Shown one piece after another: positions 8,455 through 16,567 of a stretch of 57,628 nt of DNA. The notes under the pieces are model-generated. The model saw nothing but the letters and a program-made list of their open reading frames with translations, did not search any database and was not told the origin of the DNA. Positions within the stretch are counted from its first letter, which is position 1; every line of letters begins with the position of its first letter. The translations under genes were made by a program, and so were the position numbers. The stretch spans positions 14,485-72,112 of the forward strand of contig JAGDXY010000005.1 in the NCBI GenBank assembly GCA_023256495.1, in the 5' to 3' direction. This DNA comes from Candidatus Micrarchaeota archaeon. GTDB taxonomy: Archaea > Micrarchaeota > Micrarchaeia > Micrarchaeales > CABMGC01.

Positions 8455-8938
8455 AAAATATAATATAGAAAATAATGAATAGCAAAGGTATTACAATGTC
8501 AAACAGAGTGATTAACAAAGAATTAGATATAATAGATTTATCTAAAATAGATAATCCTACTATGCCAACTATCAAAAATGATGGAAGCAAAATAGCTATA
8601 AAAGAGGAAAATAATAATAGTGAACCTAACTTGTTTGCATTAGCTTGTATTATCTCTTTTACATTAAGTTCAGAACCTAAAAGATAACGATTGTATAATT
8701 TTTTATCTACATTTATCAATGGCCTCTTTAATAATGAATGTTCTAGTTCATATTTAAATATGGAATTTTCAAATTTTATCAAATTGATTCTTTTTATTAT
8801 TATAAAAATAAAATAGATAAAAGAAAACATAGATAAAAACAACAGCAAATAAATTAAGTAACTAAATTTAAAGAGTAGCAAAAATATAGAAATGAAAAAT
8901 GCATATGCTATTATTATATCTCTCAACTCAACCACCAC
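8435..8938 (-). CDS. TadC/FlaJ-like polytopic membrane protein, N-terminal half (167 aa)
   Basis: TM helices flank a soluble loop. It overlaps the ATPase gene by 16 nt and the next ORF by 20 nt. Confidence 0.5.
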   Translation of the reverse strand: MVVELRDIIIAYAFFISIFLLLFKFSYLIYLLLFLSMFSFIYFIFIIIKRINLIKFENSIFKYELEHSLLKRPLINVDKKLYNRYLLGSELNVKEIIQANANKLGSLLLFSSFIAILLPSFLIVGIVGLSILDKSIISNSLLITLFDIVIPLLFIIFYIIFYGDLLA

Positions 8939-10353
8939 TCTTCTATATTATATCTCACATTTACTATATTACTTAAATCAGATGTAATTTTGACTAATTT
9001 ATTAAACGATTTAAACGCGTCATCAATAGATATTGCTTTTAATTGAGCATAAAAATCAATTACCTTAGAATTTCTTATTGAAAAATTACTATCTTTAAAT
9101 ATAGGATTTAACGAGAATTGATTTTCACCTATCTTATCCCCATGCTCAATCTCCCCTCTGCTTAACCATTTGAATTCAAATATACTGTCAACCTTTCTTT
9201 GATCTAAGCCAATTTGCTTCATAAATATAGCAACATCTAAATTTGCTATATTTATAAAATCTACGTTCATAGGTGGTGAAGTTAATCTAGAAATCAAATC
9301 TATAGGAGCTGGATCGCTGTGTAGAGTAGTAATAAAAGGTATACCAAAATTGCCAGAAGAGAATACTTCTTTTGCTTCGCTGCCTCTAATTTCTCCAATT
9401 GCAATAAGATTTGGTCTGAGACGCAAAGCGTTTGTTATCTGAAAGCTAATGTCTTGGCCTAGTCTCTTTGATGCAAGTAAAGAAGAAAAATTCCTATCTA
9501 TATCTAGCTCATTTGTACTGTCTTCTATTATTACAACATTAATAAAATTTGGTATAAGTTCTAATAGCGATCTTAATAATGTTGTTTTTCCACTTGCAGG
9601 TGGTCCTGCTATTATTATGCTACTTCCACTTCTGATTGCAAATAATAAATAACTTAATATCAATGGATCTATGCTTCTGATTTCTAATAATTTGTTTATG
9701 TTTATCTTTTCCTTGTTGTGTAATCTTATAGAAGCAATAGCTCCTCTTATTGCAAATGGCTTTATTTGGGCATGAACTCTTATATCGTTTATATATGCAT
9801 CTAATATAGGGGTATCATCGTTAATTGAAAATGGTGAATCAAAGACAAGCTTGTTAATATTTCTTTTGAATCCATTTATATCATAAAAATATAGGTTTGT
9901 ATTACAAAAACCATATTTGGGTATATATACTTGAATAGCGTTGCTTATACCATTAACCTTTATCTCTTCTATATTATCTTTTTCTTCTAACAAAATGCTA
10001 AATGGCCCATATCCTATAGTCTCGTTTATAGTAATATAAGCTAAATAATCAAAATTTTCAACATTGCTAAATTTCTCTTTAAGTATATTATATATGTAAT
10101 TATAATTTATGTTGCTCAAATCTTTATCTTCAAGTTTTTTGATAACATAACTTTTCATTTCTAACAATGTATTGCTTAATTCAAAAGGTTCTATATAGAA
10201 TATTACTTCTCGACCTGCTTTTACTATACTTTTATACTTTGATAACCTCTTTATTTCTGAATCAAACTTTATTTCCTTTGTATAAAATGTAAATTTCTCT
10301 ATATTTTTGTTTTTTACTAAAGTATACAAATATTTACTTAAGTACATAATCAT
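8923..10353 (-). CDS. type II/IV secretion-family ATPase (FlaI/TadA/VirB11-like)
   Basis: Walker A GPPASGKTT, Asp box IIEDSTNEL, Walker B RPNLIAIGEIRGSEA, His box TTLHSD. Confidence 0.9.
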   Translation of the reverse strand: MIMYLSKYLYTLVKNKNIEKFTFYTKEIKFDSEIKRLSKYKSIVKAGREVIFYIEPFELSNTLLEMKSYVIKKLEDKDLSNINYNYIYNILKEKFSNVENFDYLAYITINETIGYGPFSILLEEKDNIEEIKVNGISNAIQVYIPKYGFCNTNLYFYDINGFKRNINKLVFDSPFSINDDTPILDAYINDIRVHAQIKPFAIRGAIASIRLHNKEKININKLLEIRSIDPLILSYLLFAIRSGSSIIIAGPPASGKTTLLRSLLELIPNFINVVIIEDSTNELDIDRNFSSLLASKRLGQDISFQITNALRLRPNLIAIGEIRGSEAKEVFSSGNFGIPFITTLHSDPAPIDLISRLTSPPMNVDFINIANLDVAIFMKQIGLDQRKVDSIFEFKWLSRGEIEHGDKIGENQFSLNPIFKDSNFSIRNSKVIDFYAQLKAISIDDAFKSFNKLVKITSDLSNIVNVRYNIEEWWLS

Positions 10354-10480
10354 TTACTTTTGTAAACAAAATAATATAAATGTTTTCCAAAAGGAAATAA
10401 AATATTTAAAAGCTTTTATATGATTTCGTTATTTGGCAAAAAACAAAATAATTTAAGCTTTAAGTTCTATAATTAGGTTA

Positions 10481-10813
10481 ATGACAATACATAAGCTAGC
10501 AGGAGATGACATTTGGTTTGTTAGGAAGATCTTCAGTAGGCCTAACTATGCTGTATTAAAGCTGCTATCAGAGAAATCACCAAGAACCACAAAAGAGATT
10601 TACTCATTATTAGGCAAAAAGTTTACTAGAAAAACATTAATAGTAGCACTAAAGAATTTATCTATGACTTATAGTATAATAGAGCCAACACATATAAGAA
10701 CAGAGAGTGGCTATGATTTAGGATATTCATTAAGTCCAAAATTCAAAGAATTAATAACAGATATAGAGGCTTTAGAAAAGAAATTAGAGAAATATACTAA
10801 TAGAAAAGGTTAA
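10481..10813 (+). CDS. winged-helix transcriptional regulator-like protein (110 aa)
   Basis: wHTH-like pattern (NYAVLKLLSEKSPRTTKEIYSLLGKKFTRKTLIVALKNL). Divergent from the pilus-like operon and 1 nt upstream of the next gene. Confidence 0.5.
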   Translation: MTIHKLAGDDIWFVRKIFSRPNYAVLKLLSEKSPRTTKEIYSLLGKKFTRKTLIVALKNLSMTYSIIEPTHIRTESGYDLGYSLSPKFKELITDIEALEKKLEKYTNRKG

Positions 10814-10814
10814 T

Positions 10815-11525
10815 ATGATCATTAAAAAACCTTATTTTTTAGAAAAAATAACAAAACTTACTCCAGATGTGACATCATTTGAATTTAAGGCCCAAGATTC
10901 TTTACAAGTAGATTTTACTCCTGGCATGTTTGCTATGCTTACTTACAAGGATAATAATACAAAAGAGGAAATAACAAGAGCTTATTCTATTGCAAATGCG
11001 CCTCCAGCAGATTATTTTGAGTTCTTTATATCAATGGTTGGTGGTAAACTTACATCAAAGCTTGCAGAGGCAAAGATAGGAGATATTTATTATATATCTG
11101 CACCTTATGGTCAATTTAAATTTGAATATGGCGAAGATAAAAAATATCTATTCTTAGCAGGTGGTACTGGAATAGCACCATTCTTTTCTATGCTTAGATA
11201 TGCAAAAAGTAAAAATAAAAAAATTGATATAAAGATGATATATAGCGTAAAATACCCATATGATATTATAAACAAAAGCGAGCTAGATTCATTTAGTAAT
11301 ATAGGGCTAGAATGGCATGCAACTGTAACAAGATATGACAATACTATGGAATGGGATGGCTTAAAAGGGCATATTGATAGTGGAATGATAAAAAATATAG
11401 TAAATGATTATAACAATAGAGAAGCTTATATCTGTGGACCCCCTGCTTTTGTAGATGCAATGAAAAAGGCTTTAGATGAATTAGGTGTAGATAAAACAAA
11501 GATAAAAGCAGAATTTTGGGGTTAA
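10815..11525 (+). CDS. FNR-like FAD/NAD(P)-binding oxidoreductase
   Basis: RAYSIAN (RxYS FAD-binding motif), LAGGTGIAPF (GGxGxxP NAD(P)-binding motif) and YICGPP near the C-terminus. No Fe-S cysteine cluster is present. Confidence 0.8.
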   Translation: MIIKKPYFLEKITKLTPDVTSFEFKAQDSLQVDFTPGMFAMLTYKDNNTKEEITRAYSIANAPPADYFEFFISMVGGKLTSKLAEAKIGDIYYISAPYGQFKFEYGEDKKYLFLAGGTGIAPFFSMLRYAKSKNKKIDIKMIYSVKYPYDIINKSELDSFSNIGLEWHATVTRYDNTMEWDGLKGHIDSGMIKNIVNDYNNREAYICGPPAFVDAMKKALDELGVDKTKIKAEFWG

Positions 11526-11567
11526 TCATAAATAATAAGGTTTATAAATGAGCAATGTAAAGTTAAA

Positions 11568-12629
11568 TTGATGATAAAAGAAGCATATAAAACATTTTAT
11601 AAAATACTTGATAATAATAAAGTTGAATGTAGAGCCTGTAATAGGTTGTGCAAAATACCACAAAATGGGCATGGATTTTGTTATGTAAGAGAAAATATCA
11701 ATGGCAAGCTATATCTAGCAAACTATGGCTTATTAGAGGCATTACAAATAGATCCAATAGAGAAAAAACCATTTAATCATTTTTACCCTGGCTCTTATGT
11801 CATTGGCTTAGGTACATCATCTTGTAATTTTGGGTGCCTATTTTGTCAAAATCATTATATATCTAAGGATCATGAAATAAAAGGGTTTGAGTTTAGTCCA
11901 GAAGATATTATTGAAATAGCAAAAAAGTATAGATTAGATGGAATAGCATATACTTATAATGAGCCTACTATATTCATAGAATATGCATTAGATGTTGCAA
12001 AACTAGCAAAAAAGAATGGTCTCTTCAATGTTTTTGTAACTAATGGTTATATGACTGAAGAAGTAATTGATGAAATGTCAAAATTAATAGATGCTGCTGT
12101 TGTTGATTTCAAAGGAAACGGTGAAGATAAGTTCGCAAATAAGTATGAGATGGTATTATCAAATGAGCCTATAAAAGACAATTTAGTAGCGATGAATGAA
12201 AAGAAGATGCATATAGAGATAACTGACCTAATAATACCAAAAGTCGGAGACAATTTAGATGCATGCGATAAGCTTACTAAATGGATTTATGAAAATCTTG
12301 GAGCCGATACACCAATGCATTTTACAAGGTTTTTCCCAGATTACAAAATGTTAGATTATCCTATTACTCCTTTTGAAACATTAAAAAGACATTATGATAT
12401 AGCAAAAAAGAATGGACTTAATTATGTTTATATTGGAAATGTCGCAAATGAATATGAAAATACATATTGTCCAAATTGCAATAGCCTAGTTATAGAAAGG
12501 TCTGGTTTTTATATAACAAAGTGGAATCTGACAGATGATTTTAGATGCAAAAACTGCAATTATAAAATAAATATTAAAGGAAAAGTGCCTAAAAAATTTG
12601 AATATAGGGATATTATCTCATTAATATAA
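11568..12629 (+). CDS. AmmeMemoRadiSam-system-type radical SAM enzyme (PflA-like)
   Basis: CNFGCLFCQN (CxxxCxxC), an N-terminal Cys cluster CRACNRLCKIP..GFC, then DPIEKKPFNHFYPG. The ATG at 11571 is the likely start. Confidence 0.8.
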   Translation: MMIKEAYKTFYKILDNNKVECRACNRLCKIPQNGHGFCYVRENINGKLYLANYGLLEALQIDPIEKKPFNHFYPGSYVIGLGTSSCNFGCLFCQNHYISKDHEIKGFEFSPEDIIEIAKKYRLDGIAYTYNEPTIFIEYALDVAKLAKKNGLFNVFVTNGYMTEEVIDEMSKLIDAAVVDFKGNGEDKFANKYEMVLSNEPIKDNLVAMNEKKMHIEITDLIIPKVGDNLDACDKLTKWIYENLGADTPMHFTRFFPDYKMLDYPITPFETLKRHYDIAKKNGLNYVYIGNVANEYENTYCPNCNSLVIERSGFYITKWNLTDDFRCKNCNYKINIKGKVPKKFEYRDIISLI

Positions 12630-12986
12630 TTAAAACATACTTCCAATTCCTGAGCTTATATTTTCATTTTCTTTTTCTATATATTCTCTAAATTTATTAA
12701 TCATTGAATCATCTTCTCTTCTAATGCCCTTTACTTCTTTACTAAGCTTATCATATGCCTTTTTTATAAAGTCATCATCACCTTCTAGAAGGAGATATAC
12801 CCTATTAGGGTCAAAACCAAGTAATGAACCTTCTCTAAGATAAAAATTATGCCTTACAAAAATAATATCATTTTTTCTCTTTTCTAATTCCTCACTAGAG
12901 AGAGACATATCTGTATATGGATCATATCTTAATATCTTATCGAGGTGCTCTTCTTCTTCTAAAGGAAAACTATAGACAACATACAT
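12630..12986 (-). CDS. hypothetical acidic protein (118 aa)
   Basis: ORF 7 nt downstream of rps8e on the same strand. No family recognised. Confidence 0.5.
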   Translation of the reverse strand: MYVVYSFPLEEEEHLDKILRYDPYTDMSLSSEELEKRKNDIIFVRHNFYLREGSLLGFDPNRVYLLLEGDDDFIKKAYDKLSKEVKGIRREDDSMINKFREYIEKENENISSGIGSMF

Positions 12987-12992
12987 TAAAAA

Positions 12993-13385
12993 TCACACTA
13001 GCTTTGCATTTATTACTCCATCTTGTCCTGGCCTGCTTGTTACGATTGCTTTTCCTAATTCAGTATCTATTAAACTACCTTTAGTTATTATATTCAATCT
13101 TGCAAAGTTTCTATTGTCTTTTGATTCTATTACGCCTTTTATCGCTACTTTCTTATAGCCATTTTTAGTAATTACATTCGCATATTTAGCATATAATAAT
13201 CTAATTTTTTCATTTCCGCCTCTCGTTCTATCTACTCTTCTCTTTTCTTCTTGACTAAGCCTAGTAGATGTAAAATAACTACCTATCTCATATCTCTTTT
13301 TGTCTCTAGCCTTCTTTACTCTTTTACCACTACCTCTAAGAACTCTATCAGATCTTAAATGAAACTGCTTTCCAAATTGTGACAT
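12993..13385 (-). CDS. rps8e: ribosomal protein S8e
   Basis: RTRGGNEKIRLL and NIITKGSLIDTELGKAIVTSRPGQDGVINAKL match the S8e pattern. Confidence 0.9.
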   Translation of the reverse strand: MSQFGKQFHLRSDRVLRGSGKRVKKARDKKRYEIGSYFTSTRLSQEEKRRVDRTRGGNEKIRLLYAKYANVITKNGYKKVAIKGVIESKDNRNFARLNIITKGSLIDTELGKAIVTSRPGQDGVINAKLV

Positions 13386-13423
13386 AATAAGAATTTTATT
13401 ACTAAATATATAAAAATATTTGT

Positions 13424-13825
13424 ATGGAACTGTTTTGCTATAAATGCAAATGCGATAATATAAGTGAGCTTATAGATATTGCATCAAAAGAGAGATTTTT
13501 GTTAGTTGTAAATGATACAAAAGAAATAAGAGATAAGCTAATAAATGCTTACTTAGAGGCTTTTATACTAGAAAGAGACAATTCTTTGCATGCAAAGAAC
13601 ATTGCATTAGAGGTTATATGCCTATTAGCTAATACTTTTAATATAAAAGAAGCCATAGAAAAGGTAGTGCCCAAAAATGGCAATGATTTTCTAGTAGTTA
13701 GTGATGATATTGAATCTATAGAGAAAATATTGCATTTGTGCAAAGAAAAGAAAGAGATCAAATTAGAATTTAATATAGAATATGGTAGTGATATCTCTAA
13801 TTTAGAAATAGAAAAGGGGCTATAA
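13424..13825 (+). CDS. possible KEOPS subunit Cgi121-like protein
   Basis: The segment LHAKNIALEVICLLANTFNIKEAIEKV resembles the conserved Cgi121 core, and the 133-aa size fits. Recognised by eye only. Confidence 0.45.
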   Translation: MELFCYKCKCDNISELIDIASKERFLLVVNDTKEIRDKLINAYLEAFILERDNSLHAKNIALEVICLLANTFNIKEAIEKVVPKNGNDFLVVSDDIESIEKILHLCKEKKEIKLEFNIEYGSDISNLEIEKGL

Positions 13826-13831
13826 AGCCCC

Positions 13832-14332
13832 CTACTGTGGTGGTGTTATAATAAGAGATGTGGTCGCCTTGCCAGCATCAATTTTGTAATAAACTTTGTG
13901 ACCAAGTTGATATTTTAGTAATAATCCATCTCTATATAATCTATTTAATCTAGAACTTGCTGCATTTTTTCCTTTATAGCCCATATATGACTTTACATCA
14001 TCTGCTGTAACCATACCTCTTTCTTGTATGAAATTAACAATCTTTGTATCAGTCTCAGATAGCAATATCTCTTTCTCATTTTGTTGTATTGTTATCTGAT
14101 CATTTGAACTTACATCTTCAAAAGTGCTATCTATAACTGCTTCTAATTTCCTTATTTTATTACTTATCTCCTCTAGCATCTTATTGGTTCTTTCTCTTTC
14201 TTCAATAATAAGGTTTAAAATATCTTTAACATTTATATCAGAATAATCAGAGTAATCAATTTTTTTGTTGTTAATTGCTGCTAGCTCTTTTTTCAATTTT
14301 TCTAATTCATTTTTTATTTCGTCATTTTTCAT
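13832..14332 (-). CDS. coiled-coil protein with C-terminal winged-helix domain
   Basis: N-terminal heptad-like K/E-rich region. The C-terminal part TDTKIVNFIQERGMVTADDVKSYMGYKGKNAASSRLNRLYRDGLL is wHTH-like. Confidence 0.55.
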   Translation of the reverse strand: MKNDEIKNELEKLKKELAAINNKKIDYSDYSDINVKDILNLIIEERERTNKMLEEISNKIRKLEAVIDSTFEDVSSNDQITIQQNEKEILLSETDTKIVNFIQERGMVTADDVKSYMGYKGKNAASSRLNRLYRDGLLLKYQLGHKVYYKIDAGKATTSLIITPPQ

Positions 14333-14483
14333 TCATATCCCTTTCACATATCTTTTGTGATTCTATCATGATTATTTCATGAAAAATATATAAATCTTTC
14401 TCATATGTTAATTAGATATAGATACATGAAAATGAAAAGTAAACAAATTAAAATTTAAAGAAGAGTAATATAATAAGATAATT

Positions 14484-14981
14484 ATGGATGAGATAACTGT
14501 CCCAAAAAATAGAATAAAAATAATAAAAAATTCGATACAAAAGGTAGAATATTATACTAATACTAAGATTAAAATAGAAAATGAAAATGAAATTATAATA
14601 GAGGGAGATGCATACAATGAGTATAATGCAAAGAATATTATACAAGCTATTGCAAGAGGATTCAAATTAAATGATGCGTTAAAGCTATTAAATGAAAATA
14701 TATATGCAGATTATATTCAGTTAAAGGAATTTTTAAACAATGAAAAACAGATAAAGAACATAAAAGGCAGAGTAATAGGAAGGGAGGGAAAAGCAAAAGA
14801 GGAAATAGAGGCGATTAGTGGGGCTACTATAGCAGTATATGGCAACACAATAGGTATTATAGGCGCTATAGAAAGTATAACAATAGCAAAAGCAGGTATA
14901 GAGGTATTAATTAAAGGAGGCAAACATAATACAGCTTATAAGGTAATGGAAAAGAGAAAAAGAACTTTGGATAGGTGGTAA
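14484..14981 (+). CDS. KH-domain RNA-binding protein (archaeal Dim2/Pno1-like)
   Basis: KH signature GRVIGREGKAKEEIEAISGATIAV followed by GNTIGIIG...AKAGIEVLIKG. Confidence 0.7.
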   Translation: MDEITVPKNRIKIIKNSIQKVEYYTNTKIKIENENEIIIEGDAYNEYNAKNIIQAIARGFKLNDALKLLNENIYADYIQLKEFLNNEKQIKNIKGRVIGREGKAKEEIEAISGATIAVYGNTIGIIGAIESITIAKAGIEVLIKGGKHNTAYKVMEKRKRTLDRW

Positions 14982-14983
14982 TA

Positions 14984-16567
14984 ATGGAACAAAAAAGTGC
15001 TAACGATATTTTTAAAGAGTTTAAATCACATTCAATATCAGAATTCTTTAAAAGAAATAGCCAAATGCTAGGCTATGCTGGAAGAGTAAGATCATTGACT
15101 ACAGTAGTACATGAATATGTTACAAATTCATTGGATGCATGTGAAGAAGCAGGGATATTACCAGAGATATTTGTAGAGATTAAAGAAGTTGAAGAGAGTA
15201 AACATCTAGTAACAGTTAGAGATAATGGGCCTGGAATACCTTCGCAGTTTATAGGTAAGGCCCTAGCAAGTATTCTCTCTGGAACAAAATTCCATAGGTA
15301 TCTACAGCAAAGAGGCCAACAAGGAATAGGTGCAAGTGGCTGCACGCTATTTGCGCAGATAACTACAGGCAAAGGGGTGCATGTAGTTTCTAGAACAAGC
15401 TCAGAAAGCTTTGAATGTGATGTTGCAATAGATGTTAACAAAAATGAACCTATTATTACAAACTTTAAGAATATAGAAGGTAATGGTTTTACAGGATTAG
15501 AGATTATTGGATTATTTGGTGAAACAAAATATGAAAATAGCGAAAGAGGTGTATTAGAGTATTTGAAAAGAACAGCATTAGTTAATCCACATGCAAATAT
15601 AACATTAAAAGATCCAGATGGCAAAGAGCATGTTTTTGTAAGAACATCTAATATATTGCCTGAGAGACCAAAAGAGTCAAAGCCACATCCTTTAGGTATA
15701 ACAACAAGCGATTTAATGTATCTAGCGGAGTTAAGTAGTTCTAGATATATATCAACATTTTTAGTAGAATCATTATCTAGAGTAACAAAACAGAAAATCG
15801 ATGAACTAAAAAACTTAATACCTGATATTGATTTAGAAAAATCGCCACATGAATTGACTTGGGAAGAAGGAGAAAAGATAGTTAGAGCTCTAAAGAAAAT
15901 AAAATGGATGGCGCCAGAAACAGATACCTTATCATTAATAGGAAAAGAGCAAATAGAAAAGGCAATAAGTGCTATATTGATGCCAGAATTTGTCTCAACT
16001 ACTCAAAGGAGACCTAGAGTATACATGGGGGGTATACCTTTCGTTGTAGAAGCTGCTATAGCCTATGGCGGTAAAGCAGGTAAAGAAAGGGAAGAATTTA
16101 GGGGTGGTGAGATATTAAGATTTGCAAATAAAGTACCTTTGTTGTTTGATAGCGCAAATTGTGCGATAACAGAAGCAGTTAAAAGTATAGATTGGTCTCG
16201 TTATGGGATAAAGAATTTTGATGAAGAGCCTGTAAGTGTTTTAGTAAACATATCGAGTGTTTATGTGCCTTATTCTGGTGTAGGAAAACAAGCAGTAGCA
16301 GAAGAAGAGGAAATTATAGATGAAATAAAACTAGCTGTTATGGAATGCGCTAGAGATCTACAAAGATATCTTAATGGTGTAAAAAGGAGAAGCGTACAGG
16401 AATCAAAATATAAAACTATAATGAGATATGTTAATCAATTATCAGATGATCTTAGCGCAATTACAAGAGTTAGTAAAGATGAAATAAAAGAAAAATTAAT
16501 ATCAATATTAAAGGAACATTATTCTGGTCTATTTGAAGAAGAGACAAATGAGACTAAAGATAATTAG
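14984..16567 (+). CDS. top6B: DNA topoisomerase VI subunit B
   Basis: SISEFFKRNSQMLGY; GHKL/Bergerat motifs VHEYVTNSLDA and VRDNGPGIP; a transducer region follows. ATG 14984 is preferred over the GTG at 14975. Confidence 0.93.
   Translation: MEQKSANDIFKEFKSHSISEFFKRNSQMLGYAGRVRSLTTVVHEYVTNSLDACEEAGILPEIFVEIKEVEESKHLVTVRDNGPGIPSQFIGKALASILSGTKFHRYLQQRGQQGIGASGCTLFAQITTGKGVHVVSRTSSESFECDVAIDVNKNEPIITNFKNIEGNGFTGLEIIGLFGETKYENSERGVLEYLKRTALVNPHANITLKDPDGKEHVFVRTSNILPERPKESKPHPLGITTSDLMYLAELSSSRYISTFLVESLSRVTKQKIDELKNLIPDIDLEKSPHELTWEEGEKIVRALKKIKWMAPETDTLSLIGKEQIEKAISAILMPEFVSTTQRRPRVYMGGIPFVVEAAIAYGGKAGKEREEFRGGEILRFANKVPLLFDSANCAITEAVKSIDWSRYGIKNFDEEPVSVLVNISSVYVPYSGVGKQAVAEEEEIIDEIKLAVMECARDLQRYLNGVKRRSVQESKYKTIMRYVNQLSDDLSAITRVSKDEIKEKLISILKEHYSGLFEEETNETKDN

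Noticed and set aside
15073-15624. 183-aa minus-strand ORF
   Set aside because: It is antisense to top6B, whose motifs are unambiguous, and no family signature was seen.
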